Shown: positions 52,592 to 60,810 of the stretch, piece after piece
How positions within the stretch are numbered: the stretch's first letter is position 1
Layout of the letters: the number at the start of each line of letters is the position of its first letter
Source of the DNA: a virus
Direction: 5' to 3' (one strand)
IMG/VR virus record: IMGVR_UViG_3300045012_000235
Coordinates: 60,601 to 124,600 of that record
DNA length: 64,000 nucleotides
Translations under genes and position numbers: made by a program
The notes under the pieces: generated by a model
The model's input: only the letters and a program-made list of their open reading frames with translations
Database searches by the model: none
Told to the model about the DNA's origin: nothing

Positions 52592-54265
52592 CTAGAGCAC
52601 GGCCGCCGGCGCAGCTCCCGAGCTCGGCGAGAGCGCCGCCAGCGCGGCATTGAGCGCCGCCGCAGTCTCCTGCGTATATTTCCCATCGGTCGAAATTTGC
52701 GAGTCGGCGCTCGCCGCATTCCACGCCCGCGCGAAGTTCATCACCGACCGGGTCGCGTACTGCGGCGCGCCGGTGCGGCGGAGGGAGCCGAGAAGATCGA
52801 GCGCCATCGCCTTGAGCACGTCGTCGTCCACGCTGCCGACGCCGGCCATTCCGACGCACGGCCGCACGGACTCGAGGGACAAGAGGTAGAGACCCCCGTC
52901 GGCGCCGCGAACCGGCACCGAACCGCCGCCCGACCCGCGGAGCGTATTGCGCACGGAGGCAAAGATCTCCGGCGGGAGGCGAATCGGATCGCCCCAGCTC
53001 GCGCACGAGACTTCGCCCGGTGCCACGATGACGTAAGGCCACCACGGGCCGCCGCCCCATCCCCAGCCACCACCCCAGCCCCCGTAGCCGCGACCGCGGA
53101 AGACGCGACGACCGCCGCCCCCGCCGTGCCAACCGCCCCCGCCACCGTGCCCACCACCGCCACCATGACCGCCGCCCCCGCCCCCGCGGCCGACGCCTGC
53201 AGTCGTTCCGCCCGCGTCCGGGTAGGGGCCGTACGCGCCTCCTCCTGCAGCGGGTGGTGCTGACGCGGGGGGAGGACCTGCAGGCGCCGCCGAAGGTCCT
53301 GCGGGCGATGCCGAGGGTCCTTTTGCAGGCCCTGACGGGGCGCCCGGGTGCGGGGCGGCGCTCTGCAGGTTGTGTCCGACGGCCATCGCCATCCCGGTCT
53401 TCAGCGAGTTCTTGACGTCAGCAGGGATCTTCGCGTTCTCGAGCGTTTGGTCGGCGAGCGCGTGCTGCCCGGCCGAGGTTCCGATCCCGCCCGCGGAGTT
53501 GACGGCCGCCTGTGCGCTCGCGGGCAGCGACGCCATTGCGGCACGGAGCGTTGCCGGATCGGGCACCTTGCCCTGCGAGAGGGACTGCGAAATTTTCAAG
53601 CCGTTGCCGATCATCGTCTTGGCGGACGCATCGAGCCCTGGGATCGCGGACAGCGCGCCCATCGGGTCCTTGCCGTCCATTGCCGCGAACCCAACCGCGT
53701 AGAGCGCCTTGCCGGTTGGGCCGCCGGCGACGCTGTCGGCGACTCCGGCAATGAGTGCCGGGTCGATAGCTTGTCCGCTCGCGAGCGCTTGCCCGGCTGC
53801 GACGGCGCCCGAAGCACCATCCCCGATCGCAGCCGTGTTGCCTTGCACGATCGACGCGTAGGACGCTGCCGTTCGGTACACCTTGATCTCGTGCGAGAGC
53901 TGGTCTTTGGCGGCCTGAACGATGTTCTGGCCGTGCGCTATTTTCGACGCGTACTCGAGCGGAATCCGAACGCCTGCCGTCACCGTCTCGTAGGTCTCTT
54001 GGAGAGCTTTGCCGACGTACGGGATTTTCCCGAAGTCGATGTGGATCTTGGGGAGGCCGATGTGGAAGCCTTCGACACCGACTGGCTTCCACTCGCGTGG
54101 CCAGCACGCGAGCCCGGTGCCGACCGAACCGTCGCCGGTACCGAGCCTGTCTGCGATGGAAACGTTCGGGCCCTCATCCGGTCCCCACGGTCGGGGCGGG
54201 CAGTTGTACGGGAGCGTCGGGCAGAAGTTCTCGCCGAGGCCAATGCCGTTTCGGTAGAGGGTCAT
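52592..54265 (-). CDS. Gly/Ala-rich virion protein with a C-terminal peptidoglycan-binding-like domain
   Basis: AGGAG RBS before ATG 54265 (MTLYRNGIGLGE); poly-Gly tract; VMNFARAWN...ISTDGKYTQETAAAL. Confidence 0.6.
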   Translation of the reverse strand: MTLYRNGIGLGENFCPTLPYNCPPRPWGPDEGPNVSIADRLGTGDGSVGTGLACWPREWKPVGVEGFHIGLPKIHIDFGKIPYVGKALQETYETVTAGVRIPLEYASKIAHGQNIVQAAKDQLSHEIKVYRTAASYASIVQGNTAAIGDGASGAVAAGQALASGQAIDPALIAGVADSVAGGPTGKALYAVGFAAMDGKDPMGALSAIPGLDASAKTMIGNGLKISQSLSQGKVPDPATLRAAMASLPASAQAAVNSAGGIGTSAGQHALADQTLENAKIPADVKNSLKTGMAMAVGHNLQSAAPHPGAPSGPAKGPSASPAGPSAAPAGPPPASAPPAAGGGAYGPYPDAGGTTAGVGRGGGGGGHGGGGGHGGGGGWHGGGGGRRVFRGRGYGGWGGGWGWGGGPWWPYVIVAPGEVSCASWGDPIRLPPEIFASVRNTLRGSGGGSVPVRGADGGLYLLSLESVRPCVGMAGVGSVDDDVLKAMALDLLGSLRRTGAPQYATRSVMNFARAWNAASADSQISTDGKYTQETAAALNAALAALSPSSGAAPAAVL

Positions 54266-54275
54266 GGTGCTGCTC

Positions 54276-55427
54276 CTATTTCTTGCCGCTCGCCTTGATG
54301 ATCGCGATCGTGCCGCCCACGGCCGCCACGACGCCGACGCCAATGCCGACCTTCGCGAGGGTGGACATGCCCGGCTTGGCGTCGCCGGCAGGCTGCACAG
54401 CGGCCGAGGGGTCCGCCCCTGCATCCGGTGCAGCGGAGGCTGCCGCGGTATCCGACGACGCTGAGGGGTCGCTCGACGGCGCAGCCTTGCCGTTTGACGC
54501 CGCGGGCGCATCGCCACCGCCGGCGTCGTCCTGCTCCGGCGGAGCGACTTGCAATACGTTGATGTGTGCTGTCCACCACGCGGGCTGAGCGCCCCACTGG
54601 CGGTTCCACTGGCGAGCACCGAACCATGCCGGTCGCCGGCCCCACGCGGGCAGCCATCGTGTGGCGCCAAATCCCGCGGGGCGAGTGCCCCACTCGGGTC
54701 GCCACGCGTGCGCGATGACCTTTTCGCGAGCGGCGAGGCGGATTGCGGAGCTGACCGCGGGGTGCCGGATGGCGATTGCACCATGCCCGCGCTGCACGGC
54801 GTTTGTGGCTTCGCGCACAGCCAGCGCGTGGACTTGAGCCAAAGGCGTCCCAGGGCGGATGGGCGCGTTCACAGCTGCGCGGATCGCGCCTGGCACAGCG
54901 GGATGTTCCTCGACGATGGCGAACCGCGCACCGACGCCGAACCCAGAAACGGGACTACCGTTTAGGAAGACAGTGTCCGTGCTCATTGGATGCTTCTTGG
55001 GGGGTGGCGCAGATTCGTCGGGAAGGTCGGTGCAGAGGGGATCTCCCGGCGCGCATGTGGCTACTGAATCCATGAGGGCTCCTGATACTGTTGATGGTTC
55101 CTCGCCCCACCCGTCGGGTGGATCGGCGATGGGGACTTTCTTGCCGGCCGAGTTGACTGTTGTCGGAACGTACACGCTCGTTCCCTTGTGAGGTGTCGAG
55201 GGCCAGTCCGGATGCGCGCCAAACCATGTGTGCGTCTGGATCTGCGCGATGACAGGGTGCCCGTCGACCACGTCTGTGATGATGGTCCCGAGCGGGTACT
55301 TCAACATGTCGACGGACCACTTCGTGAGCGCGGCCGATCCGGGCCACGGCCACGAAGCGACAGTGCCCGGGATAGGGGGCAGCGCGTCGCCAAACTTGTA
55401 CGTCTTTTGCGGCTGATTGGCGAACAT
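54276..55427 (-). CDS. Virion membrane protein with a C-terminal TM anchor
   Basis: Ends KVGIGVGVVAAVGGTIAIIKASGKK; Ala/Asp linker and W/R-rich repeats. Confidence 0.6.
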   Translation of the reverse strand: MFANQPQKTYKFGDALPPIPGTVASWPWPGSAALTKWSVDMLKYPLGTIITDVVDGHPVIAQIQTHTWFGAHPDWPSTPHKGTSVYVPTTVNSAGKKVPIADPPDGWGEEPSTVSGALMDSVATCAPGDPLCTDLPDESAPPPKKHPMSTDTVFLNGSPVSGFGVGARFAIVEEHPAVPGAIRAAVNAPIRPGTPLAQVHALAVREATNAVQRGHGAIAIRHPAVSSAIRLAAREKVIAHAWRPEWGTRPAGFGATRWLPAWGRRPAWFGARQWNRQWGAQPAWWTAHINVLQVAPPEQDDAGGGDAPAASNGKAAPSSDPSASSDTAAASAAPDAGADPSAAVQPAGDAKPGMSTLAKVGIGVGVVAAVGGTIAIIKASGKK

Positions 55428-55429
55428 GG

Positions 55430-55765
55430 CTACGCTCCCATCCTACCACTGGTCTTGAGCTTCCAGGCGGCCCACGCGAGCACAAACGTTTCGATGGCGA
55501 GCGAGCCGGCGATGGCGTTGCGGACCACGTGCGTACGCTCGCCGGCGACCAGGAGCCCTGCCCCGACGAGCACCGAACGAAGAAGAGTGTGTCCGATGGC
55601 GATGGGCAGCGCACCCGGGTCGCCGTTCAAGAGCGCGACGGCGCTCGATCCGGACGGAAGCGCCGGACACATGGCGGGCGGTTCGCCGAGACCGAATCCC
55701 GACGTTTGGCGACCGCCGCGTGAGATGGACTCTCCGATCATGAAGAAATCCTCGGGTTCATCCAA
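55430..55765 (-). CDS. Small membrane protein
   Basis: Two hydrophobic helices after TSGFGLGE. Confidence 0.55.
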   Translation of the reverse strand: MDEPEDFFMIGESISRGGRQTSGFGLGEPPAMCPALPSGSSAVALLNGDPGALPIAIGHTLLRSVLVGAGLLVAGERTHVVRNAIAGSLAIETFVLAWAAWKLKTSGRMGA

Positions 55766-56040
55766 CCTTCCACGGTGGCTCGCGACAGTGGCTCAAGTCC
55801 GTGTGCTGCGTCGTTCTTTGAGTTCCATCGGTATGCGCACGATCGGTAGCCACCGCCGGGTGCTGGAATGTAACCGTGGCACATGCGCGTCAAGGTCCCT
55901 TCAAACTTGGTGGATCGGCCACCCGAGTCGAGTCCTATGGCGTTCGGATTGATCGGCGTGTCACCCGGTCCGTCGAAGTTGTAGGAGGATCCCCACTCCG
56001 TGCAGCCGCACGCCGGGCATTTGAAGCCAGATCGTTTCAT
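55738..56040 (-). CDS. Small zinc-ribbon-like protein
   Basis: MKRSGFKCPACG...CHG...CAYRW; ATG overlaps the lysozyme stop. Confidence 0.5.
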   Translation of the reverse strand: MKRSGFKCPACGCTEWGSSYNFDGPGDTPINPNAIGLDSGGRSTKFEGTLTRMCHGYIPAPGGGYRSCAYRWNSKNDAAHGLEPLSRATVEGWMNPRISS

Positions 56041-56912
56041 GCTGCCCTCGCCGGCAGTCGCCGTGGTGCGGGTCTCGAGGCGCCCAAGTAGATTCCAACT
56101 CCGATCGCGGCAACCCCAGCGACAATCGCTACGGCAACGGCCGGGCTCTTGAGTTTGGCGACAACGTGCCCGGCCACGGTCGTCGGCGCGGTCCCCGGGT
56201 ACCAGAGCGTGTCGGGATCGAGCTTGTTCGCGGCGACCGTTGCCGCGTTGTCGAACATCAGGTCTTGTCCGGCCTTGCGTTGCGGCGCCGCGCCACGAAA
56301 GTTGCTGTTCGCCTTGGCCGCTGCCCAGTCGCCGCGGTTGAAGGCGTCGGCAAACACATGGAAGCCGTCCTTGGGGATGAAAGCACCACCCATCGCCCAG
56401 GCCATGCCGTGCACGGCCATCTGAGCGTCGGCGGGGGCGTCGGCGAAGTGAGGGAGTGATTTGACGAGTTCTTTCTCGTTGTCGGCCATCCGCGACGCCG
56501 TAAGGTCTTGGATGACCGTGGGCGAAATCTTGAGCTGCGTGATCTTCCGGTCGGTCGGCGCGTCGTAGGAGCCGCTTGCCTTGTGCGCGTTCTTGACCGT
56601 CTGCCAGTCCTGGATGATCTCGGCCTGCGTCGCCGGTTGCCCGTCGGACTTGTGCACCCAGGGGATGACGAGCGCGGGGCCGTAGCCGTTGATTCCGCTC
56701 TTGTCGTCGATCAGATAGCCGATCGCTGTGGTCACGAGACCGAGGCTGTCTGTGTACATCTCGGGCTCGACGCCCTCCCACTGCGACTGCGTTTTGACGA
56801 AGGCGTCCATGACGCTGTTGCGTGTCGCGCGGCCGCCGCTCGAAGCTCCGAGACCGTGCGACGCAACACGCCTCCTCGGCGGCGACACGTCCTGCCACGA
56901 GCTGATGTGCAC
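56037..56912 (-). CDS. Lysozyme (GH24/T4-like) with a C-terminal membrane anchor
   Basis: WEGVEPEMYTDSLGLVTTAIG matches the E-x8-D-x5-T catalytic pattern; ends VAVAIVAGVAAIGVGIYL. Confidence 0.72.
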   Translation of the reverse strand: MHISSWQDVSPPRRRVASHGLGASSGGRATRNSVMDAFVKTQSQWEGVEPEMYTDSLGLVTTAIGYLIDDKSGINGYGPALVIPWVHKSDGQPATQAEIIQDWQTVKNAHKASGSYDAPTDRKITQLKISPTVIQDLTASRMADNEKELVKSLPHFADAPADAQMAVHGMAWAMGGAFIPKDGFHVFADAFNRGDWAAAKANSNFRGAAPQRKAGQDLMFDNAATVAANKLDPDTLWYPGTAPTTVAGHVVAKLKSPAVAVAIVAGVAAIGVGIYLGASRPAPRRLPARAA

Positions 56913-56924
56913 CGGACGACCCCC

Positions 56925-57758
56925 TTAGCCCGGGCTCGAAGGCTTCTTCTTGTGCGTGAGGGCCGCAACCGTTCCGCCGACCACCAGCGCCGCCGCAGCA
57001 CCGATGCCGATCTTCATGGGCAAAGACAACGTCGACAGGCAAAGGGCGGTGCCGGGGTACGGCGTCGGGAAGTCGGCCGCATGCTGCTTGGTGACCGCGA
57101 TGAGCGCACACAGGGTTGCGCGGTCGAGTGTGCCGTCGGTTGGAAGTGATCCGCCCGCATTCGCGTTGTACCAGCCCTGGAAGCACGCGACCGCTGCGGG
57201 CGGCGCCTTGGTCGGATCCGCGGGCCAGCTCGCGCAGGGCTTGTTGCCGCTCTTGAGGATGAGCGCGTTGAGCTGCGTCAGGGTGGCCAGGATCCACTGC
57301 AACTCGACGTCAGCGAGCTTGGACCAGATCCCGGGTGCGTTCTTGGCCGCCAGCGCGGCGTATCCCGCTTTGGAGATGCCTGGATGGTTCGGGTCTTCTT
57401 CGTCCGCTCCGATTGTGCCGCCCCGACCGACGCCCCCGATGCCCGAGCTCATCATCCGGTTGCCGATGCAGAGCGAGTTCTGCGTCCACTGCGGCACGAT
57501 GCGTCCGGCGCTGTCGGTGGCTTTGTCGAGAACGTTGTCCTTCCACCAGCAACCGGCCGTACGGATGTCGCGGTCGGTCGGTCCCTGGATCGGCACGTCC
57601 TCGACCCAGTCACCGTAGGTGCCTTCGTCGTGCATGACCTGAGCGGCCTGCCGGGGAGTCAGCGATCCCGGTTCGATCACGCATGGTTTGGGGACCAGGA
57701 TACGCGGGAAGCTGCTGCATCCGCCTCCGCACCCGCCGACTCCAGCTTGCTTGGTCAT
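56925..57758 (-). CDS. Peptidoglycan-binding-like protein with a C-terminal TM anchor
   Basis: GGAGAGG RBS before ATG 57758; FQGWYN...LPTDGTLDRATLCAL; KIGIGAAAALVVGGTVAAL-KKK. Confidence 0.6.
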   Translation of the reverse strand: MTKQAGVGGCGGGCSSFPRILVPKPCVIEPGSLTPRQAAQVMHDEGTYGDWVEDVPIQGPTDRDIRTAGCWWKDNVLDKATDSAGRIVPQWTQNSLCIGNRMMSSGIGGVGRGGTIGADEEDPNHPGISKAGYAALAAKNAPGIWSKLADVELQWILATLTQLNALILKSGNKPCASWPADPTKAPPAAVACFQGWYNANAGGSLPTDGTLDRATLCALIAVTKQHAADFPTPYPGTALCLSTLSLPMKIGIGAAAALVVGGTVAALTHKKKPSSPG

Positions 57759-58750
57759 GGCACATCCTCTCCGAGGTTCTCGTCGAACACGAGCGACCCC
57801 GCAATGCGGCCGTACTGCGCGGACCCGCAAAACGAGACCAGGAACTGATCCTCCGGGCTGAGCGCCGCGAGCTGGCAGGCGGTCAAGCCTATCGAAGCGC
57901 ACGGGTTGGTCAGCGGGTCGTTTTGCCGAACGCTGGCGAAGAGGGCGACATCGCACGGCAGTGGGATGGGGATGTCGAGCGTTTGCTCGAGTTGGGATTG
58001 CCGCCAGCGGTATCGGAGGTCGTGCATGTTGCCGAGGCTGACGCCACCGACGGGTTTGCCCCAGGGGCGGCCGCCGTTGGGCGGCTTGTACGCGGTCGGC
58101 GCGAACTGCGGGCCCGCGATGGTCTCGTAGAGCATGCACGGCCCGTAGCTGTCGCGGAACACGAGGCTGTCCGCGTTCTGGACGTTGCGCGTCACCATGA
58201 ACGTCTTCGGAATCAGCATGACATGCCAACTGATGCTGCCGTCGGGCGGATGCCAGAGAGGGCTCGTGATCTCTTTGCGGAAGATGGTGTTCGGAGCGCC
58301 ATCCACACCGGCGACTGTCGCGATGAGCTCCGCGTATTGCCGGATGCCCGTGAGCCGCACCCCTTGTTCGCCGGAGTTGAATTGCTCGCGGGCGAGCAGG
58401 AAAAGGTAGCGAAACTGCGACGGCGATTGCCCGGCCGTGACGAGTGATCCAGTCGGTGTCGCGGGAACGAGAACGCCGGTGCCTACCGGTTGACCGTACG
58501 GGTCGCTCCCGATGAGCGAGACGGACGGGTCGAGCGTGGCGGGGACGATCTCGTGGCGACCGGACAAGAGGCGCGTGCGGATTCCGTAGCCGACTCCGTT
58601 GGGGTCGCGTTGCAGATCGATCAGCCTTCGCTCGAGGTCACCGCGTCGTCCCCTCGTCGGCGGCGTCGCGGCAAAGGAATCCGTTCCCCCGGGCGTTCCG
58701 ACGCCGGCGGTCGGCAGCTCGATCAGCTTCGCTGTCTGGTCGCCGGGCAC
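57755..58750 (-). CDS. Putative single-jelly-roll capsid/vertex protein
   Basis: Alternating beta-strand pattern RYLFLLAREQF, VRLTGIRQY, ISWHVMLI, LDIPIPLPCDVALFASV, RIAGSL; same order of elements as the two neighbours. Confidence 0.45.
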   Translation of the reverse strand: MPGDQTAKLIELPTAGVGTPGGTDSFAATPPTRGRRGDLERRLIDLQRDPNGVGYGIRTRLLSGRHEIVPATLDPSVSLIGSDPYGQPVGTGVLVPATPTGSLVTAGQSPSQFRYLFLLAREQFNSGEQGVRLTGIRQYAELIATVAGVDGAPNTIFRKEITSPLWHPPDGSISWHVMLIPKTFMVTRNVQNADSLVFRDSYGPCMLYETIAGPQFAPTAYKPPNGGRPWGKPVGGVSLGNMHDLRYRWRQSQLEQTLDIPIPLPCDVALFASVRQNDPLTNPCASIGLTACQLAALSPEDQFLVSFCGSAQYGRIAGSLVFDENLGEDVP

Positions 58751-58759
58751 GTGGTTCCT

Positions 58760-59356
58760 TTATGGCTGGAGCAGGACAGCGAGATCCGGACTCTCGATTC
58801 CGAGCTTGCGCAGACGGCAGCGCGCATCGCTATCGCTCATGTCGTCCATGACTTTGTCCAAAAATTGCCACCCCTGGAAAAGGATGTGCACGTCGAACGG
58901 CACGCTCACCGGCGTTTGGAAAAGGATTGCGGCGACCTTGACGTTGCTCTGCTTGTAGAGCGGCCACCCGTTCGGCCACATCATCGACATCACGTCGAAC
59001 AGGTTCGCGAGGTCGATCGGAGGATCGCTGATGGCGTACTTTGGTCCGCCGTAGACATCCACCTTCACACCGACGCCGGTCTGGCTCTTGAGCTGCGAGA
59101 AGTACAGACTCTGGAACGGCGACCCAGGGAACGAGTTCTGCTGGAACAGCGTGAACGACACCTTCTCGATGATGGTGTCCGAGACGAGGTTGTTGTCGAA
59201 GCTCGCGACGATGGCGGGAGCATCAACCGCACTCGACGTGAACTGGATCGGGATGTCCGCGACGAACGGAACCCGGGGGACGCCTGCAACCATCCCATAC
59301 GCGATCCGTGGAGCGTACAAAGCCAAGTTGCGGATGTCGTGGTCTCGCGGTTGCAT
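58760..59356 (-). CDS. Putative small single-jelly-roll capsid protein
   Basis: DTIIEKVSF, VGVKVDV, ISDPPIDLANLF, WPLYKQSNVKV, FDVHILFQGWQF. Confidence 0.55.
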   Translation of the reverse strand: MQPRDHDIRNLALYAPRIAYGMVAGVPRVPFVADIPIQFTSSAVDAPAIVASFDNNLVSDTIIEKVSFTLFQQNSFPGSPFQSLYFSQLKSQTGVGVKVDVYGGPKYAISDPPIDLANLFDVMSMMWPNGWPLYKQSNVKVAAILFQTPVSVPFDVHILFQGWQFLDKVMDDMSDSDARCRLRKLGIESPDLAVLLQP

Positions 59357-59384
59357 GAGCTTTCTCCGGGGATCAGCGTACCTC

Positions 59385-59425
59385 AAAAAGAAAACGGGCG
59401 ACGCGACATCTCGTCACGCCGCCCG
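59385..59425 (-). terminator. Intrinsic terminator after the putative major capsid gene
   Basis: Minus strand CGGGCGGCGTGAC-GAGAT-GTCGCGTCGCCCG (13-bp stem with two G-U) followed by TTTTCTTTTT. Confidence 0.8.
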
Positions 59426-59449
59426 GTCTACTTCACGCGCCCTTGCGAC

Positions 59450-60733
59450 TTAGGCCGCGTGGCTCTTCATCATGCTCGGGTACCTTTCCGAGCAGTACGC
59501 CTTCCAGCCGCCGGGCATCTCCCAGCCCTTGATCTTGATGCCGAGCTTGAAGATGCCGCCCTTGAAGATCTGGCGGTTGACGTTGACCGACTGCGAGACG
59601 AGCGCCGGAGCCGAATCGAGCGTCTGCTCCAGCATGACCGACGGTGCGAGGGCGACCGTGGTGGTGACGTCGCTGACGTTGACGTCCGGCACGACGTTCG
59701 TTCCGAACGGCTCGTTGTCGATCGTCATCGCCTCGATCATCTGCGCCTGGTGCACGGCGTCCTGCGCGATGAAGATCATCCCGATGGGGATGCCGCGCTC
59801 GAGGAAGCAGGGCGACTCGACGGGGCGGTACATCTGGCCCCGGCAACCGTACCCCTGCCACCGGAGACCGCCCCAGGTGACCGGCGCGAGGTCGAAGTCG
59901 CGCGTCGCGTGGAAGACGCCGTAGTTGTCACCGGTGACGAGCGGGAACGCTCCCGTCACGCTGCCGACCCGCCGGAAGTTGACGGGCAGGAAGATCGTCG
60001 CGGAGTCCTTCGCGCGGTACTGCGCGTTGACCAGGGCGACGAACTCGACGATGGGCAGCTCGGACGTGCCGCTCGCTTCGGCGTCCGCGAAGGAACCGAA
60101 GTACGAGATGTCGGCCGCGAGCTCGTTGAGCACGAGTTCGCGCTGGCTCGTCTTCCACTGGAACTGGTACGCGTTGATGAAGTTCCAGCCTGCGCGCCAG
60201 GTCGCCGCACCCCATTCGAAGACGGCGGGAGTGATGACCTGATCGGCCGCTGCGGGCACGACATCGGTACCCATCGCGCCGTTGTTGAGGTCATTGGTCG
60301 TGTACACGTCGGGCGACGGCGGGGGCGCAACGGTGTTCGCCGGCGCCGTCCAGGCGTTGCCGATCGTGGAGAACGACGACGGCTCGCAGAAGACGTGCAC
60401 GCCGATGCCCTGCGCGAGGATGTCCGTCTGCAGGATGCCGTTGATGAGGAACGTGCTGTCGATGCTCGCGACGCCGGGGACCGCGGACGAACCCGAGAGC
60501 GGGTTGACCGTGTCGCCGAACGTTGTCTGCGCTTCCTCCGCCGACAGGGGGAGCGGAACCGTCCAGACCACTTCCTCGACCACGGGGACGTTTCCGAACC
60601 CGCAGCGCAGGCACTTCTCCGCGGCCTTCTCGTCGCCGGGCGGAGCGCCCAGGCCGAAGGGTACGCGCATCACCTTCTCGCGCGACTCGCCGCCGTACCG
60701 GATGGACTTCTTGTTCAGGAGATTCTTGGCCAT
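59450..60733 (-). CDS. Putative major capsid protein (jelly-roll type with insertions)
   Basis: 427 aa, highly biased codons, AAAGGG RBS, followed by a terminator; DILAQGIGVHV, YQFQWKT, YRPVESPCFLERGIPIGMIF and FKLGIKIKGWEM parallel the 198-aa neighbour. Confidence 0.55.
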   Translation of the reverse strand: MAKNLLNKKSIRYGGESREKVMRVPFGLGAPPGDEKAAEKCLRCGFGNVPVVEEVVWTVPLPLSAEEAQTTFGDTVNPLSGSSAVPGVASIDSTFLINGILQTDILAQGIGVHVFCEPSSFSTIGNAWTAPANTVAPPPSPDVYTTNDLNNGAMGTDVVPAAADQVITPAVFEWGAATWRAGWNFINAYQFQWKTSQRELVLNELAADISYFGSFADAEASGTSELPIVEFVALVNAQYRAKDSATIFLPVNFRRVGSVTGAFPLVTGDNYGVFHATRDFDLAPVTWGGLRWQGYGCRGQMYRPVESPCFLERGIPIGMIFIAQDAVHQAQMIEAMTIDNEPFGTNVVPDVNVSDVTTTVALAPSVMLEQTLDSAPALVSQSVNVNRQIFKGGIFKLGIKIKGWEMPGGWKAYCSERYPSMMKSHAA

Positions 60734-60810
60734 TTTCGTTTCCCTTTCGAGCCCGCCGGTTCTTGGTCCGCTGCGGGAATTTGCAATCGTTTCGGTGGAG
60801 TTTTCGCGTG

